Positions 1-13,685 of a DNA stretch of 64,000 nt are shown here, one piece after another; position 1 is the first letter of the stretch, and each line of letters begins with the position of its first letter. The position numbers were made by a program, and so were the translations under genes. The notes beneath the pieces are model-generated. The model was not told the origin of the DNA, did no database searches, and saw only the letters and a program-made list of their open reading frames with translations. Origin of the DNA: Chiloscyllium plagiosum (lineage: Eukaryota); the NCBI RefSeq assembly GCF_004010195.1, contig NC_057718.1, forward strand, positions 77,016,079 through 77,080,078. The letters are read 5' to 3'.

Positions 1-61
1 TAGTGTTTGGTTTCACATCCCAGAAGAGTATTTCATAGCCAAAGAATGAGTCTTTTTAAAC

Positions 62-510
62 GTAACAGAAAATTGCTGACGAAACTCAGCAGGTCTAGCA
101 GCATCTGTGGGGAAAAAGTAGTGTTAACATTTTGAATCTGGTGACTCTTCATCAGAACTGATTGGAGCCCAGAAAAAGTGATAGTTGTGTGACAGATGAG
201 ATTGAGGATGGTGGGGGAAGAGGTGACTGGATTAGTGAGACAGAGCCCACAGAGAGAGAGGTATGAAAAGGGTAGGCAGATGAAGGGGTCGTGGATAGTA
301 TGCCAGGACAGAAGAGAAGTTGAATGAATGGTGGTGAGAGGTGAGAGAGGGAGAAAATGAGTTGGCTGTGCTGAAAGCAACCCATGGTCATTAAAAAACA
401 TGGAAGGATGGAATCAGGCTCTAAAGTCTTTGAACTCAATGTTGAGTCCTAGACTGGAAAATGAGGTGCTGCTTTATGAACTTGCGCTGAGGCTTGCTGG
501 AACAGTACAG
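62..510 (-). mobile_element. Decayed PLE 3' fragment (GIY-YIG C-terminus relic, 3'UTR, terminal repeat with decayed hammerhead)
   Basis: Minus strand 430-500 reads like PLE C-terminal QRK..QHLIF; 123-158 revcomp GTT-CTGATGA-AGAGTC-ACCA-GATTC-AAAATGTTAAC is a CpG-decayed hammerhead. Confidence 0.65.
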
Positions 511-733
511 CAAGCTCTACATACCCTTCCTCCAATCCCGTTTAAATTTAAGAAAACTTATTCCTTGGTGATAAAATGTTTTCCTGAGATGTGAAAAGAA
601 AACACTATGGGCTAGATCTTCATAGGTTGTGAATGTGGATGGGTAAGGGCGTTGCTAATGGTATATGTCTAGACATCTGGATTAGTGGTGCTGGAAAAGC
701 ACAGCAGTTCAGGCAACATCCAAGGAGCAGTAA

Positions 734-769
734 AATCGACGTTTCGGGCAAAAGCCCTTCATCAGGAAT
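734..769 (-). ncRNA. Minimal hammerhead ribozyme motif
   Basis: Revcomp ATTC-CTGATGA-A-GGGC-TTTT-GCCC-GAAAC-GTC-GATT; core intact, stem I weak. Confidence 0.75.
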
Positions 770-791
770 ACAAGCGTTCTTTTCCACCTGT

Positions 792-827
792 ATTCCTGAT
801 GAAGGGCTTTTGCCCGAAACGTTGATT
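792..827 (+). ncRNA. Minimal hammerhead ribozyme motif
   Basis: ATTC-CTGATGA-A-GGGC-TTTT-GCCC-GAAAC-GTT-GATT. Confidence 0.7.
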
Positions 828-1675
828 TTACTGCTCCTCGGATGCTGCCTGAACTGCTGTGCTTTTCCAGCACCACTAATTCAGAATCTAGTTTCCAGCA
901 TCTGCAGTCATTGTTTTTACCTATATGTCTAGACAGTTAGCTGGAGATGAATGTGAAGTATATCCCTGAAAATTATAGCTCTAATGTTTTTGGGGAGGTT
1001 GGAGAATGCAGGTATCCAGGAAATTGGTTAGAAAATCAAGAGCTCTTACACAATTCAATGGCAGGATCACATCATACTGTTCTCAACTATTTCCAGCTTA
1101 ATAGCTAACTAAATAGACAGGCTGACTGTCCTAGATACGATAACCAATGTCAGGAGGTCATAGCTATAGACTTTGCGGCACAGATCATCATAATTGGGAG
1201 ACAGCAACAGATTAAAATTTGGAAGAATTGGGAGGGAGGTCATTGTGACAGAAGAGGAGCAGTAATTGGGAATTGCAGGAGTTAGGTTGTTGGCAATATA
1301 TCTTGAAATCTTTCTTTGTTATGCAGATCCTGTTTATTGATCTGAACATTCCTTCAAGATCAGTGCTCAGTTATGTCCATGTGCTTCTTTCAGGAAATCA
1401 CGGCTTGTTTTTTGCACTTGGAGATACATTATCAATTGCCAAGTTACTGCCTGCTTGTTCTACTTGAGAAGAACATTGGTCACCAATTGGGAATTAGAGG
1501 CTGGTGATCATAAGAGGGGACAGAAAGTGGCTGAGATGGTAAACAAAAGGCCAAAGACTGTTTTAACTCAGGTGACAGCCATTTGCTACTTCATTTATCA
1601 GGGCAATGCTTTGATCATTCAGAATGATCTGCCTCATTTTGAAATTAAACAAAGCCTTATTATTAAATCATCGTT

Positions 1676-1920
1676 GAAAAGGTGGCACTGGAAAAGTACA
1701 GCCGGTCAGGCTGCACCCAAGGAGCAGTAGAATCGACATTTTGGGCATAAGCGCTTAATCAGGAATGTGGGGCTGTGGGGGTGAGTTGGGGAGGGGACTG
1801 AGGGATAAATGAGTTGAAGGGTTGACTCTGGGATGAGGTGGGGGGAGGGAAATAAGAAAACTGATGAAATCGACATTGATGCCGTATGGTTGGAGGAATC
1901 CAAGGTGGAAGCTGAGGCAT
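1676..1920 (-). mobile_element. PLE 3' fragment
   Basis: Minus strand 1858-1920 encodes LSFHLGFLQPYGINVDFISF (PLE C-terminus), followed by a decayed terminal repeat. Confidence 0.7.
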
Positions 1921-2604
1921 TTGTCAGTCATCAGTACCTGGTGCTTTCTCTATGGCAACAGAGTTCAGAGTTCACTTTTCAATCAATCTGAACTCTTGCC
2001 TCATGAAAGAGTTGATTGATTTGCTTTTAATTCTTGCAAACCATCCTGATGAATGCAAGATGAAAAGTTTAGATAAAATACGTCTTCTTTTTAGCAATAT
2101 TTTTCTCAGATTTCAGTATTTATGGTTATTGTTCATTGTGAATGCTAGTTTTGGCTTTTCTTCAGATATATTAATATTTCAGTTCAAATATGTTTTCTGA
2201 ATAACTTTACTGGGCATCTTCTCAGTTTTCCTATAAAAGCTAAAACAATTGACAGGAGGAAATTCACATTTTTTTATGTCTTCTTGTTATGTGATCACAG
2301 TTAACCAAATAGCCTACAGCCATGTTATACACCATTGATTACTTATAAATTTGTACAATCAATTTTCTCTTCCTACCTCAGACCCAAAACCATATCATAA
2401 GCAGGCTATAAGGCCCTTTAGGCCTGTTCCACTAATCAATATAATCTTGGCTGATCTGACCTTTCCTACTAATCAAGAATCTATGTATCTCAGCCTTAAA
2501 TATATGCAAGGACTCTGCTGCAATAGCTCTCTGTGCCAAGATGTTCTAAAGACTCACAGTTCTCTGAAATTGAGAAACAAATTTGTAAGGAATTCTCAGT
2601 GACT

Positions 2605-3138
2605 GAAATATTGCACGCAATTCTGGTCTCCTTCCTATCGGAAGGATGTTGTAAAACTTGAAAGGGTTCAGAAAAGATTTACAAGGATGTTCTCAGGATT
2701 GGAGGATTTGAGCTATAGGAGAGGCTGGGGCTGTTTTCCCTGGAGCGTCAGAGGCTGAGGGGTGACCTAATAGAGATTTATAAAATCATGAGGGGCATAG
2801 ATAGGATAAATAAAAAGTCTCTTCCCTGGGGTGAGGGAGTCCAGAACTAGAGGGCATATGTTTAGGATGCGAGGGGAAAGATATAAAAGAGACCTAAGCG
2901 GCAACTTGTTCACTCAGAGGGTGGTACGTGTATGGAATGACCTGCCAGAGGAAGCGGTGGAGGTTAGTACAATTGCAACATTTAAAAGGCATCTGGATGG
3001 GTATATGAATAGGAAGGGTTTGGAGGGATATGGGCCAGGTGTTGGCAAGTGGGACTAGATTGGGTTGGGATATCTGGTTGGCATGAATGAGTTGGACCGT
3101 AGGGTCTGTTTCCATGCTGTACAACTGTATAACTCTAT
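2605..3138 (+). mobile_element. CR1 (HER1-like) LINE 3' fragment
   Basis: SRTRGH..FTQRVVRVWNDLPEE..FKRHLDGYMNRKGLEGYG and the CR1 3' tail. Confidence 0.9.
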
Positions 3139-3437
3139 TTGTAAGACTATGAGGGTGATTATGGTAGTGTATTTTGACTTCTTAAACTTAGACTGGGACT
3201 GCCATAGTGTTAAAGGTTTGGATGAAGAGGAAGCTGTTAAGTGTGTACAAGAAAATTTTCTGATTCAGCACATGGATGTACCTGCTACAGAAGATATAAA
3301 ACTTGACTTACTCTTGGGAAATAAGGCAGGACAGGTGACTGAGGTGTCAGTGGGGGAGCACTCTGGGGCCAGTGACCATAATTCTATTATTTTTAAACTA
3401 GTGATGGAAAAGGATCTAAAAGTTGAAGTTCTTAATT

Positions 3438-5662
3438 TGAGTTAAATATCACACAACACCAAGTTATAGTCCAACAGGTTTATTTGGAAGCACTAGCTCT
3501 CGGAGTGCCGCTCCTTCATCAGGTGGTTGTGGATTATAAGCATGTAAAACACAGAATTCATAGCAAACACTTACAGTGTGTTGTAACTGAAATTATATAT
3601 TGAAAAAGACTTGGATTGTTTGCTAAGTCTCTCATCTTTTCGAATGGACATGTTGGTTTCAGTTCTTTCATATGTAAATTCAGAACTTACTTAAAGTTAC
3701 ATTCTCAAGTGAACTTTAACAATAGGTGCCATGTTGGCCCAGATAATGCACTGGTGGTGTCTGTGCCCCAATGTTCAGACTGATTCTAATCTAAAAATGG
3801 GATTTACAAAATCTTATGTGGATTCATACAGTTTTTGAGCAAAATAAAATGTAATTCTGGAAGTACAAATTCACCCCACAAACCTATGTGTGTGTGTTTG
3901 CATGNNNNNNNNGTGTCTGTGTGTGTGCATGTGGGTTATCTGTGAGTGTGTGTCTGTCTGTGTGTATGTGTGTCTATGTGTATATGTGTGTGTAGTGCAG
4001 TGGGGTCACCTGTAGTGCGACATGAACCTGAGGTCCCGGTTGAGGCCATCCTCATGGGTATTAAACTTGGATTTCAGCCTCTGCTCGGCCACATTACATT
4101 GTCACCTGTCCTGAAGTCTGCCTTGGAGGATGGTCACCCAAAGGTCTGAGGTCGAATGTCCCAGACCGCTGACGTTCTCCGACTGGGACCGAACACTCCT
4201 GTGTGTTGATTGTTTTACGGTGTCCATTCATCTGTTGCCGTAGCCTCTGCTCAGTCTCACCAATGTGAGATTGTGTATTGACCTCCTCAGGAGACAGACA
4301 CGAGCTGCAACCGACAGGTACCCTTTGTTGTCCAGTACTTCCCAGGAGCCAAAAAATGACGTATGTTCTTTGCAGCCTGCAGCACATTATCAATGAGAAT
4401 GAGCACCTCGCCAAGACCTTCCCCACACCTCCACATCTCGCCTTTAAACAACCACCAAACCTCAAACAGATCATTGTTCGTAGCAAACTGCCTGACTTTC
4501 AGGACAATACCATACAACCTTGTCACTGTAGACGCTGCAAGATGTGTCAGAATGTCGACACAGATACCACCATTTCCTGTGGGGACACCTCCCATCATGT
4601 ACGTGGCAGGTACTCATGCGACTCAGCCAGCATTGTCTACCTCATACGCTGCAGGCAAGGATACCCTGAGGAATGATACATTGGTGAGACCGAGCAGAGG
4701 CTATGGCAACAGATGAATGGACACTGCACAACAATCAACAGACAGGAGTATTCCCTCTCAATGGGAGAATACTTCCATGGTCCAGGACATTCGACCTCAG
4801 ACCTTTGGGTGACCATCCTCCAAGGCGGACTTTGGGACAGTCAACAATGCAAAGTGGCTGAGCAGAGGCTGATAGCCAAGTTTGGTACCCATGAGGATTG
4901 CCTCAAATGGGACCTTGGGTTCATGTTACACTACAGGTGACCCCACTGCAAAACACACACATACACACTCCTACAGACCCATACACTAATGCAGATCCTC
5001 TCATACACAAGCTCTTTCTCATCCGGCTCACATATGCAGTCCCACACTTCCATATGCACCCTCTCACAGACTTATACCCCTTTACACTCACACACATACA
5101 CACACTCTCTCACAGACACTCATACCCTAACCACCACCACCACCACCACCCCCCCCCCACCCCCGCACACACATATATAATTTTGTGGGGTGAATTTGTA
5201 CAGAATTACATTTTATTTTGCTCAAAAAGTGCATGAATCCATGTAAGATTCTGTAAACCCTGTTTTTAGATTAGAATCAGTCTGAACATTGGGGCACAGA
5301 CAACCTCACACAGGGCACCTCACATCTTCAATACATTATCTGGGCCAACATGGCACCTATCGTTAAAGTTCACTTGAGAATGTAACATTAAGAAAGTTCT
5401 GGAATTTATATATGAAAGAACTGAAACCAACGTGGTCATTCTAAAAGATGAGAGATTTACAAACAATCCAGGTCTTTTTCAATAATTTCAGTTACATCAC
5501 ACTGTAAACTTTTACTATAAATCCTGTGTCCTACGATCTTGTACTCTGCAACAGCCTGATGAAGGAGCAGCACTTTGAAAACTAGTGCGGTTGGACTATA
5601 AGCTGGTGTTGTATAACTTTTAACTTTTTATACCCCAGTCCAACCCCAGCACCTCCAAATCA
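3438..5662 (+). mobile_element. Penelope-like retroelement, 5'-truncated, with a long inverted 5' arm
   Basis: Cys-rich linker CHCRRCKMC and GIY-YIG (VYLIRC..YIGET..RL..MNGH) at 4500-4940; ~3440-4262 is an inverted copy of the 3' part; TSD TTCTTAATT at 3429-3437 and 5663-5671. Confidence 0.9.
3886..3992. repeat. (TG)n-rich microsatellite, mirroring the (CA)n tract at ~4950-5175 in the PLE 3'UTR
   Basis: Direct reading; contains an 8-N gap. Confidence 0.8.
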
Positions 5663-8262
5663 TTCTTAATTGGAGGAAGACCAATTTTCATTGTGTGAGG
5701 CAAGAACTTTCAGAAGTTAATTAGGGGCGAATCTTTGCAAGTAAAGGTATAGCTGATAAATGAGAAGCCTTCAAAAATGAGATAATGAGAGAGCAGAGAC
5801 AGGATGTTCCTGTTAGAGTGAAAAATAAGACTGGTAGGTGTAGGGAATTCTGGATAACTAGTAAAATTGAGGTTTTGGTCAAGAGTAAGAAGGAAGATAG
5901 AGCAGCTATAGACAGTAGAGATTAAATGAATCCCCAGAAGACTATAAAGGCAATGGAGGTATACTTAGGAAAGAAATCAGGAGGGCAAAAAGGGGAGATA
6001 AGATAGCTTTGACAAATAGGGTTAAGGAGAATCCAAAAGTATTCTGCAAATACATTAAGGACAAAGGAGTAACTTGTAAGAGAATAGGGGCCCTTAAAGA
6101 TTAGCAAGGCCACCGATGTGTGGAACCCCGGGAGATAGGGAAATACTAAATGAATATTTTGCATCAGTGTTTACTGTGGAGAAGGACGTGGAAGACAGAC
6201 AACATGAGGAAAAAGTGACATCTTGAAAAATGTCCATATTGCAGGTACTGGTTGTCTTAAAATACATAAAGGTAGGTAAATCCTCAGGACCTGCTCAGGT
6301 GTACCCTAGAACTCTGTGGGAAGCTAGGGAAGTGATTGCTGGGCCCTTGATAAGATATTTGCATCATCGATAGCCACTGGTGAGGTGCTGGAAGACTGGA
6401 GGTTGGCTAACATGGCACCAATATTTAAGAAAAGTGATAAGGAAAAGTCAGGGAACCATAGCTGACCCTGACATCAGTGGTGGGTAAGCTGTTGGAGGAA
6501 ACCCTGAGGGACAGGAGTTACATGTATTTGGAAAGGCAAGGACTGATTAGAGATGGTAAACATGGCTTTATGTGTAGGAAATCATGTCTCACTAACTTAG
6601 TTGAGTTTTTTGAAGAAGTAATAAGAGGATTGATGAAGGCAAAACAGTGGAGGTGATGAATATGGATTTCAGTAAGGCATTCAACAAGGTTCCTCTTGGT
6701 AGACTGGTTAGCAAGGTGAAATCAAATGGAATACAGAGAGAACTAGCCATTTTGATACAGAACTGGATTGGAGGTAGAAGGCAGAGGGTAGTGGTGGAGT
6801 GTTACTTTTCAGACTGGAGACCTGTGACCAGTGGTGTGCCACAAGGATCGGTGCATTGTCCACTGTTTTTTGTCATTTATATAAATGATTTGACTGTGAA
6901 TATGTGGTAAGGTTAGTAAGTTTGCAGATGAATTCAAAATTGGATGTGTAGTGGACAGCAAAGACGGTCACCTCAGAGTACAGTGGGACTTTAATCAGAT
7001 GGGCTAATGGGCCAAGGCGTAACAGATGGAGTTTAATTTAGATAAATTTGGGATGCTGCATTTTGAAAAGGCAAATCAAGGCAGGACTTACACACTTAAT
7101 GGTAAGGCCATGAATGTTGTTGAATAAAGACTCCTTGAAGTGCAGGTTCAAAGTTTCTTGAAAGTGGAGTCTCAGGTGGACAGAATTGTGAAGAAGGTGT
7201 TTGGTATCGTTGCCTTTACTGGTTAGTGCACTGAGTATAGGAGTTGAAATGTCATGTTGCGGTTGTATAAGACATTGGTTAGGCAACTTTTGGAATATTG
7301 CATTCAATTCTGGTGTCCCTGCTATAGGAAGGGCATTGTGAAATTTGAAAGAGTTCAGAAAAGATTTACAAGAATGTTGCCAAGGTTGGAGGGTCTATGC
7401 TAGACAGAGAGGCTGAATAGACTGGGGCGATTTTTCCTGGAGCATCGGAGGCTGAGAGATGACCTTATAGAGGTTCATAAAATCATGAGGGGCATGGATA
7501 GGGTAAATAGACAAGGTCTTTTCCCTGGTGTTGGGGGAGTCCAGAACTAGAGGGCATAGGTTTAAGGTAAAAAGGGCAAGATTTAAAAGGGACTTAACGG
7601 GCAGCTTTTTCACACAGAGGGTGGTGCATGTATGGAATGAGCTGCCAGAGGAAGTGATGGAGGCTGGTACAATCACAACATTTATAAGGCATCTTGGTGG
7701 GTATATGAATAGGAATGGTTTAAAGGGATATGGGCTAAATGCTGGCAAATGGAACTAGATTAATTTAGGGCATCTGGTCAGCATGGATGAGTTGGACCGA
7801 AGAGTCTGTTTCCATGCTGTATAAGTCCATGATTCTAGGAGAAGAAATTCTTCTTCATCTCAGTCTTAAATTGGTGTCCTTTTACAGTTGCAAAAAGACT
7901 TCCCTAGTACTATACTCTAAAACACTTGAAATAAGGTCCAACATTTCATTAGTCTTCCTTATTACCTGCAGTGTTTTATTTTCTGTGTTTTGAGTGCAAA
8001 TGCTCCCAAATCCCTTTGCATTAGAGCTTTCTGCAATTTTCGCCATTTATATAATACTCTGTTCTTTCTCCTTTTTCTCCTTTCCAAAATGAATGACATC
8101 ATATCTCCCATATTATACTTCATTTGTCAACTATCAATATCTCTCTATAAACTGTTTTTATCCTTCTCACAATCTGCTTTTCTACCTATTTTTGTGTCAT
8201 CTGCAAATTGGTTTCAGCATATTTGCTCTCTTCCTCCATTGATGTACATTGTAAACAACTGT

Positions 8263-8352
8263 GTTCTGAGGAAGAGTCACCAGACCCAAAACGTTAATGC
8301 CGATTACTGTTAACAGATGCAGCCAGACCTGCTGAGCTTTTCCAGCAACTTC
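8263..8352 (+). mobile_element. PLE terminal-repeat relic with decayed hammerhead
   Basis: GTT-CTGAGGA-AGAGTC-ACCA-GACCC-AAAACGTTAA followed by CAGATGC..AGACCTGCTGAGCTTTTCCAGCAA. Confidence 0.65.
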
Positions 8353-9775
8353 TTATAGACAGCTATGGTCTCAGCACTGATCCCTAGTTACAGCTTGCCA
8401 ATTCAAAAAGAACCTCTTATCCCCATTCACTACTAAAACAATAGCAGCTTTTTAAAATTCTCTTTTTAAGTTTTATCATCAAATCTCAAAACACTCTCAT
8501 TTTTAAAACATTTTTTCTACAGCACCAATTTCATAGGAAGACTCTAAATTTTCTGACTGCTCCATTTGATGTATTATCCATTGTTCACAGTGCAGATAAG
8601 ATAAATAAGATGTGCTATGTAAAGGATTAATTTAGAATTAATATAAGTTTTACTTAATTTGGGAATATTTTGAGCAAAATATTAAATGGACCACAAGCAT
8701 TGTTTTCTGGTTAACCAAAACCTTCTCTTTTTATTGGTGTTCTTTATTTTACCGTTGACTTTCTTTGATGTTTAGGCTAATCCTCTTTTTGTTGGTATAT
8801 CACGCACACTGTTCACTTGCTTCTCATTTTGTTGCTCTATTTTGTTATGTTTGCAAAACATTTTCAACAACTTCTTCCCTATATTTATGGTCAATATTCA
8901 TCCCATATTTAACATCTGAAACTGATCCTGTGGCTATTTCATTCTTTGCTGTTTATGGAACATTGATATATGTGGATTAACTGCCACAGTCAGACATTTC
9001 AATTGTAACTACATTTTAAAGCACTTTGTGCTGTCATGAGGCTGTGACAAGCACAACATAAATACAAGTCATAGAAGTTTTCCTTTCTTGCAATGCTTGA
9101 CAGATTCCAAAAACTCAAGTTCCAGAGGCCCTGGTTGAAGGTTGTAGTACACTAGCGTTATGACACATAATGTGTAATCATCTCGACTCCAGCATCTAAC
9201 AAATTTTTACACCATTTATTTGTACCCTTTATGCTGATTGCATTAAATGTAGAGGCCAAGAATCTCCACATGGGCAGTTCCATTGCTTTTGGAAAGGATT
9301 TGGCTCAGAGAGATATGTAATTAAGTAATTATTTATTTAAGTAAGTGTTTTCTTGGATCAGCTCATTTGCTTAGCTCTTGTTGTTGTTGTAAGTTCTGTG
9401 TAAAAAATAGTATACTCTGCTGGTCTGCATGAAAATTAGAGGGCAACCTTTAAAACTAGTTTTGGTTGAACATTGCAGTGGCAGACACAAAAGGATAGAA
9501 GGTCCTTTTGTGGATGTTTGCTCTCTTGAACTTCCTGGTACACATTCAATAGAATCTACTAGAGGAGCAGTTAATACGTAACTAAACAAAATGGAGTCCA
9601 TGTTACATTGGCACAAGAGAAGGTATGTGTCCTCAGTTGTCCTCCTCAATTCTACATTTTCGCAATTCTGAAAGACCTGAATAGTATCTCAATAAAACAT
9701 TGTAACCCCAAATTAATCAAGAACTTTGGATTTTTTTTAAGAAGGTTGGATAGGTCAGTTGGTTAGATGTTTAGC

Positions 9776-10258
9776 AAATTCTGATCTGCTTCCTACAAAG
9801 AAAAAATTACAAGGGTGTTGCCAGGGTTGGAGGATTTGAGTTATAAGGAGAGGTTGAATAAACTGGGGCTATTTTCCTTGAAGCATCGGAGGCTGAGGGG
9901 ATTATAAAATCATGACGGGCATGGATAGGGTAAATAGACAAGGTCTTTTCCCTGGGATGGGGGAGTCCGGGACTAAAGGGCATAGGTTTAGGGTGCGAGG
10001 GGAAAGATATAAAGAAACCTAAGGGGCAACCTTTTCACGCAGAGGGTGGTGCGTGTGTAGAATGGGCTGCCAGAGGAGGTGGTGGAGTCTAGTACAATTG
10101 CAACATTTAAAAGGCATCTGGATGGGTATATGAATAGGAAGGGTTTGGAGGGATATGGGCCGGGTGCTGGCAGGTGGGACTAGATTGGGTTGGGATATCT
10201 GGTCGGTATGGACAAGTTGGACCAAAGGGTCTGTTTCTGTGTTTCTCTATGACTCTAT
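9776..10258 (+). mobile_element. CR1 LINE 3' fragment
   Basis: Similar to 2605-3138; ends TCTCTATGACTCTAT. Confidence 0.9.
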
Positions 10259-11429
10259 ATGGTTCACAATTAATGCCAAGGGTGAGGGTTTGATTTCAAT
10301 CAATATGAGGCAGACTTAAGAATTGTCTCCTTGTCCTGCTGCTGAGGGTGGAAGGCAATGACAAATCAATGCGTATTTAAACAAATCTACCAAGAAAACA
10401 GTTCAGGATAAAGCATCAGTAGGGAGTGAGCCAAGGACCATGCACGGCGTATGCGATAATGATTCACAGCAAAAACTTGTATTTTTTTCCCTTCAATTTG
10501 AGGTTAATGCTCAAATGCTTAAAATTTGCTCAGTATATTTCTGTTGCTGCAACAATCATAAATTAGGTTATTCTTTTGAGAAATATCTGTAACTTTCTTT
10601 CTGGTACAGCAAAACGCTGCTGAACTTCCTCTCGAAACTGTGGGACCTAGCTAGAAGTCTACAAAACCACAACATCTGCAGGTGTGCAGCAAGTCTAGTG
10701 AAGTGCAATGCTGATAGAAATTTGTTACAGCAAATGATACCTCAGAAGATCATAAATCATGGATTTATTGAAATACATAGCATAAAATTTTATTTAGTGA
10801 ATAAAAGAGTCAATTGCATTTGTTCATATAATTCCAATATTTCATGAAATTAATTTACAGTCTCATTTCATGTTGAATATGTGACCCCAACTGTGCTGCA
10901 GAGGAATCACTGGTTGCAACCAAAGTGGCTGACAAATCACAATGTTTTTATGGCACAAATATCACAGGGTAAAATTAAAGGGTCACTGGCTGCTTTAAAG
11001 CTGCACTGCAAACTAAACAGCAAGAAAACAGTCTCACCGTCATTCAGCCAGTGAACGGCAGGCATTAGGAGGTGACAGCCAAAGAGCAGTTAAGGAAGAA
11101 CCAGATGAAAAACCAATGGACATTATCAACTGTGTCAACTCAGTCTCATTTGTGAGAGAAATCTGGGACCAGTTGAGGTTGAAACTTTAATATTGCCAAA
11201 GTTGCATAAACATTTGTGAAGGTCTTAAAAGGCTGCCTTGCCAAACCTCTTCTTTCAGATCAACAGAAAACCTCTAATGAACAATGCCAAGATTTGATCA
11301 TTATTAGTTCCTCGGCATTGGATCACATTCCTTTTCCTTGCCATAGTGGTACATTTCCATACCATTTCTGCACTGTACATTTGAAGCAAATCCTGATGGA
11401 CTTCACCCTAAGGCCATAAAAAAAGGGAA

Positions 11430-12635
11430 TATGAGATAATTGATACATTGATTTTAATTTTCCAAAGCTCCCTTGATTCAGGGATGACCTCATTAGATTG
11501 GAAAATAGTCAATGTGTCCTTTAGTCCAAAATATAAGCAGACAGACAACAGGAGACTACTGGTCAGTTATCTTAACATTTGTCATTGGGAATTATGTTAA
11601 AAGCTATAATTAGAGAAGTTTTTGCAGGGTACTTTGATAAATTCAAGATAATCAGCTAGAGTTAGTGAAAAGGAAATCCTGTTTCACCAATTTATTGGAA
11701 TCCTTTGAAGAGGTAATGCATGTTGTAGATAAAGGGGTGTATATACTACACTTCACTCTCTAGAAGGCATTCTATAAGGTGCCAGATTGAAGGTTATTGC
11801 AGAAAATAAGAGCTCATAGTATAAGGAATAACATATTGGCATAGATAAAAGATTGGTTGACCAACAGGAAACAGAAAATAGGAATAAGATAGTCTTTTTA
11901 AGGCTGGCAGAATATAATGAATGATGTACCAGAGGGATCAGTGTTGATACCTCAAGTGTTTTCAATTTATATTAATGAATTTGATGAAATTTATTATGAT
12001 GAATTTAATAAGGTGTGGTCACCAAACTTTCTGATAGCACAAAGATAGGTAAGAAAATAAGTTGTGAAGAGGTAACAATGAGGTTACTAAAGATATAGAT
12101 TGGTTAAGTGAGTGGTAAAGATGTGGAAAAGAACATATTTTGGAAAATGTGAAATTGCCCATTTTGGCAGAAAAGAATAAAGATGCATATTATCTATGTG
12201 GTGAGAGATTGCAGGGCTCTGAGATGCAGAGATATCTGGGTGTCATCATGCATGATTTGTCAAAGGTTAGTTTGCAGGTACAGCAATTAATTAGGAAAAC
12301 TAATAAAATGTTATAATTTATTATGAGGGGAATTGAATACAAAAGTAGGGATGTTATGCTTCAATCAGACAAAATTCAAATGGAGCACTCTACATGGGAA
12401 AAATCATCTTATTTAAGGAAGGGTGTAAATATATTGGAAGCAATTCGAAGAAGGTTCATCAGACTATTATCTGGAATGGGATGGATGTCTTGGCTTGAAT
12501 CAACTAAAGTTTAGAAGAGTAAGAGGTGATTTGATTGAATTGAGGTTCAAGTCAAATCAGTCATAATTGTATTGGATGGCACAGCAGGTTCTAGGAGCTA
12601 AGTGAACTGCTCCTGTTCTTAATTTTTATATTTGT
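11430..12635 (+). mobile_element. Old CR1 LINE RT fragment
   Basis: Degenerate VPEGSV, MRGIEYKSRDVMLQ, LEAIRRRFIRL. Confidence 0.75.
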
Positions 12636-13685
12636 ATCACAAATTTTAAATTCTGATGAGGTAATTTAACAGCATCTGTGAAGGCCTACAGCTCCATTGT
12701 GTCTTTTATAATTTTGCCAGATTGGTGAATTGTACTGGGGGGTGCTATAACATAGCACAGCAAAAGGGCTTTATGTGGGCCTCAACAAGAAAGTTATTAC
12801 TATCATTTCCCTGCACATTACACAAAAGGTATTCCAGAGTCCTGGAACAATGTTCTGGAGATATGGTGTGGCATTTTCTGTTTTTGAGACTAAATGTGGA
12901 GGCAGGCTGAAAAACAGGAGGGAATTCCACTGAGGGATAGGTAATCCAACATGATTAGATTCTTTCCAAAATGGAGATGAGTGGGTAAAATGCCAAACTT
13001 TATGGGCAGGAGGTTCTTGGTTCAAGTGTTGCAATACAATTACTAATCTGCTGTGGTCTGCCACTATTTACTTAAAGCTTCATGCTCCTTTGACTGTGAG
13101 TTGGCATTGTAAGGTTGCCATCCCATGAGACTGTCATATACAAGACTGAGTGCTAGACCACTCCAGCTCCATCATGTACAATCAATGCCTATCACTTTAT
13201 TGCAGCTAACCATGTAGCACTTCTTTCACACCAGTGGTACTGCCCCTCAAAAATCTGCTAGGTTTGCACTTAAAAGAAGTTACATCACTCGAACAGTTGA
13301 GTTGCTGGACTTTAGCACAACTAGGAAAAGCCACACATCAGACAAATATCTATCAAAGGCTTGCATAGGTTAAGGTCATGACCAGAAAAGATGGCCTTTT
13401 GATTAAAGCCCCCTTTTGGGTTGAATCCTGCTTGCCTGTCCTGGCCAAGTTTGCTGGAACCAATCAGTGTGACTGCCTCACTTAGCCAGGCTTGTTGGCC
13501 TAGTCTGATACCTGGGTGTCCTCATGCATGAATTTTAAAAGGTTAGTTCAACCTAGCACTTTAAACATTTCACAACAAATCAGACTGCATATGAAAGAGA
13601 CTTTTCATGAGATGATCAACATGGAGAGACTTTACCCCTTACACTATTGGCAACTGTGCAAAGAAACAGTTTGATTATGAAGGAG

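Larger units (their letters stand above)
676..921 (+). mobile_element. PLE-derived fold-back mini-element
   Basis: Inverted arms ~676-772 / ~789-884; exact 14-bp TSD TATATGTCTAGACA at 662-675 and 922-935. Confidence 0.85.
3150..7836 (+). mobile_element. Long decayed CR1 LINE (endonuclease end plus RT), interrupted by a PLE at 3438-5662
   Basis: LDLLLGN..SDHNSI, MDFSKAFNKVP..SGVPQGSV..IYINDL, 3' tail; KVEVLNWRK is split by the insertion. Confidence 0.9.

Noticed and set aside
10610..10681. Possible coding exon (KTLLNFLSKLWDLARSLQNHNIC)
   Set aside because: Weak donor, no recognisable homology and no partner exons.
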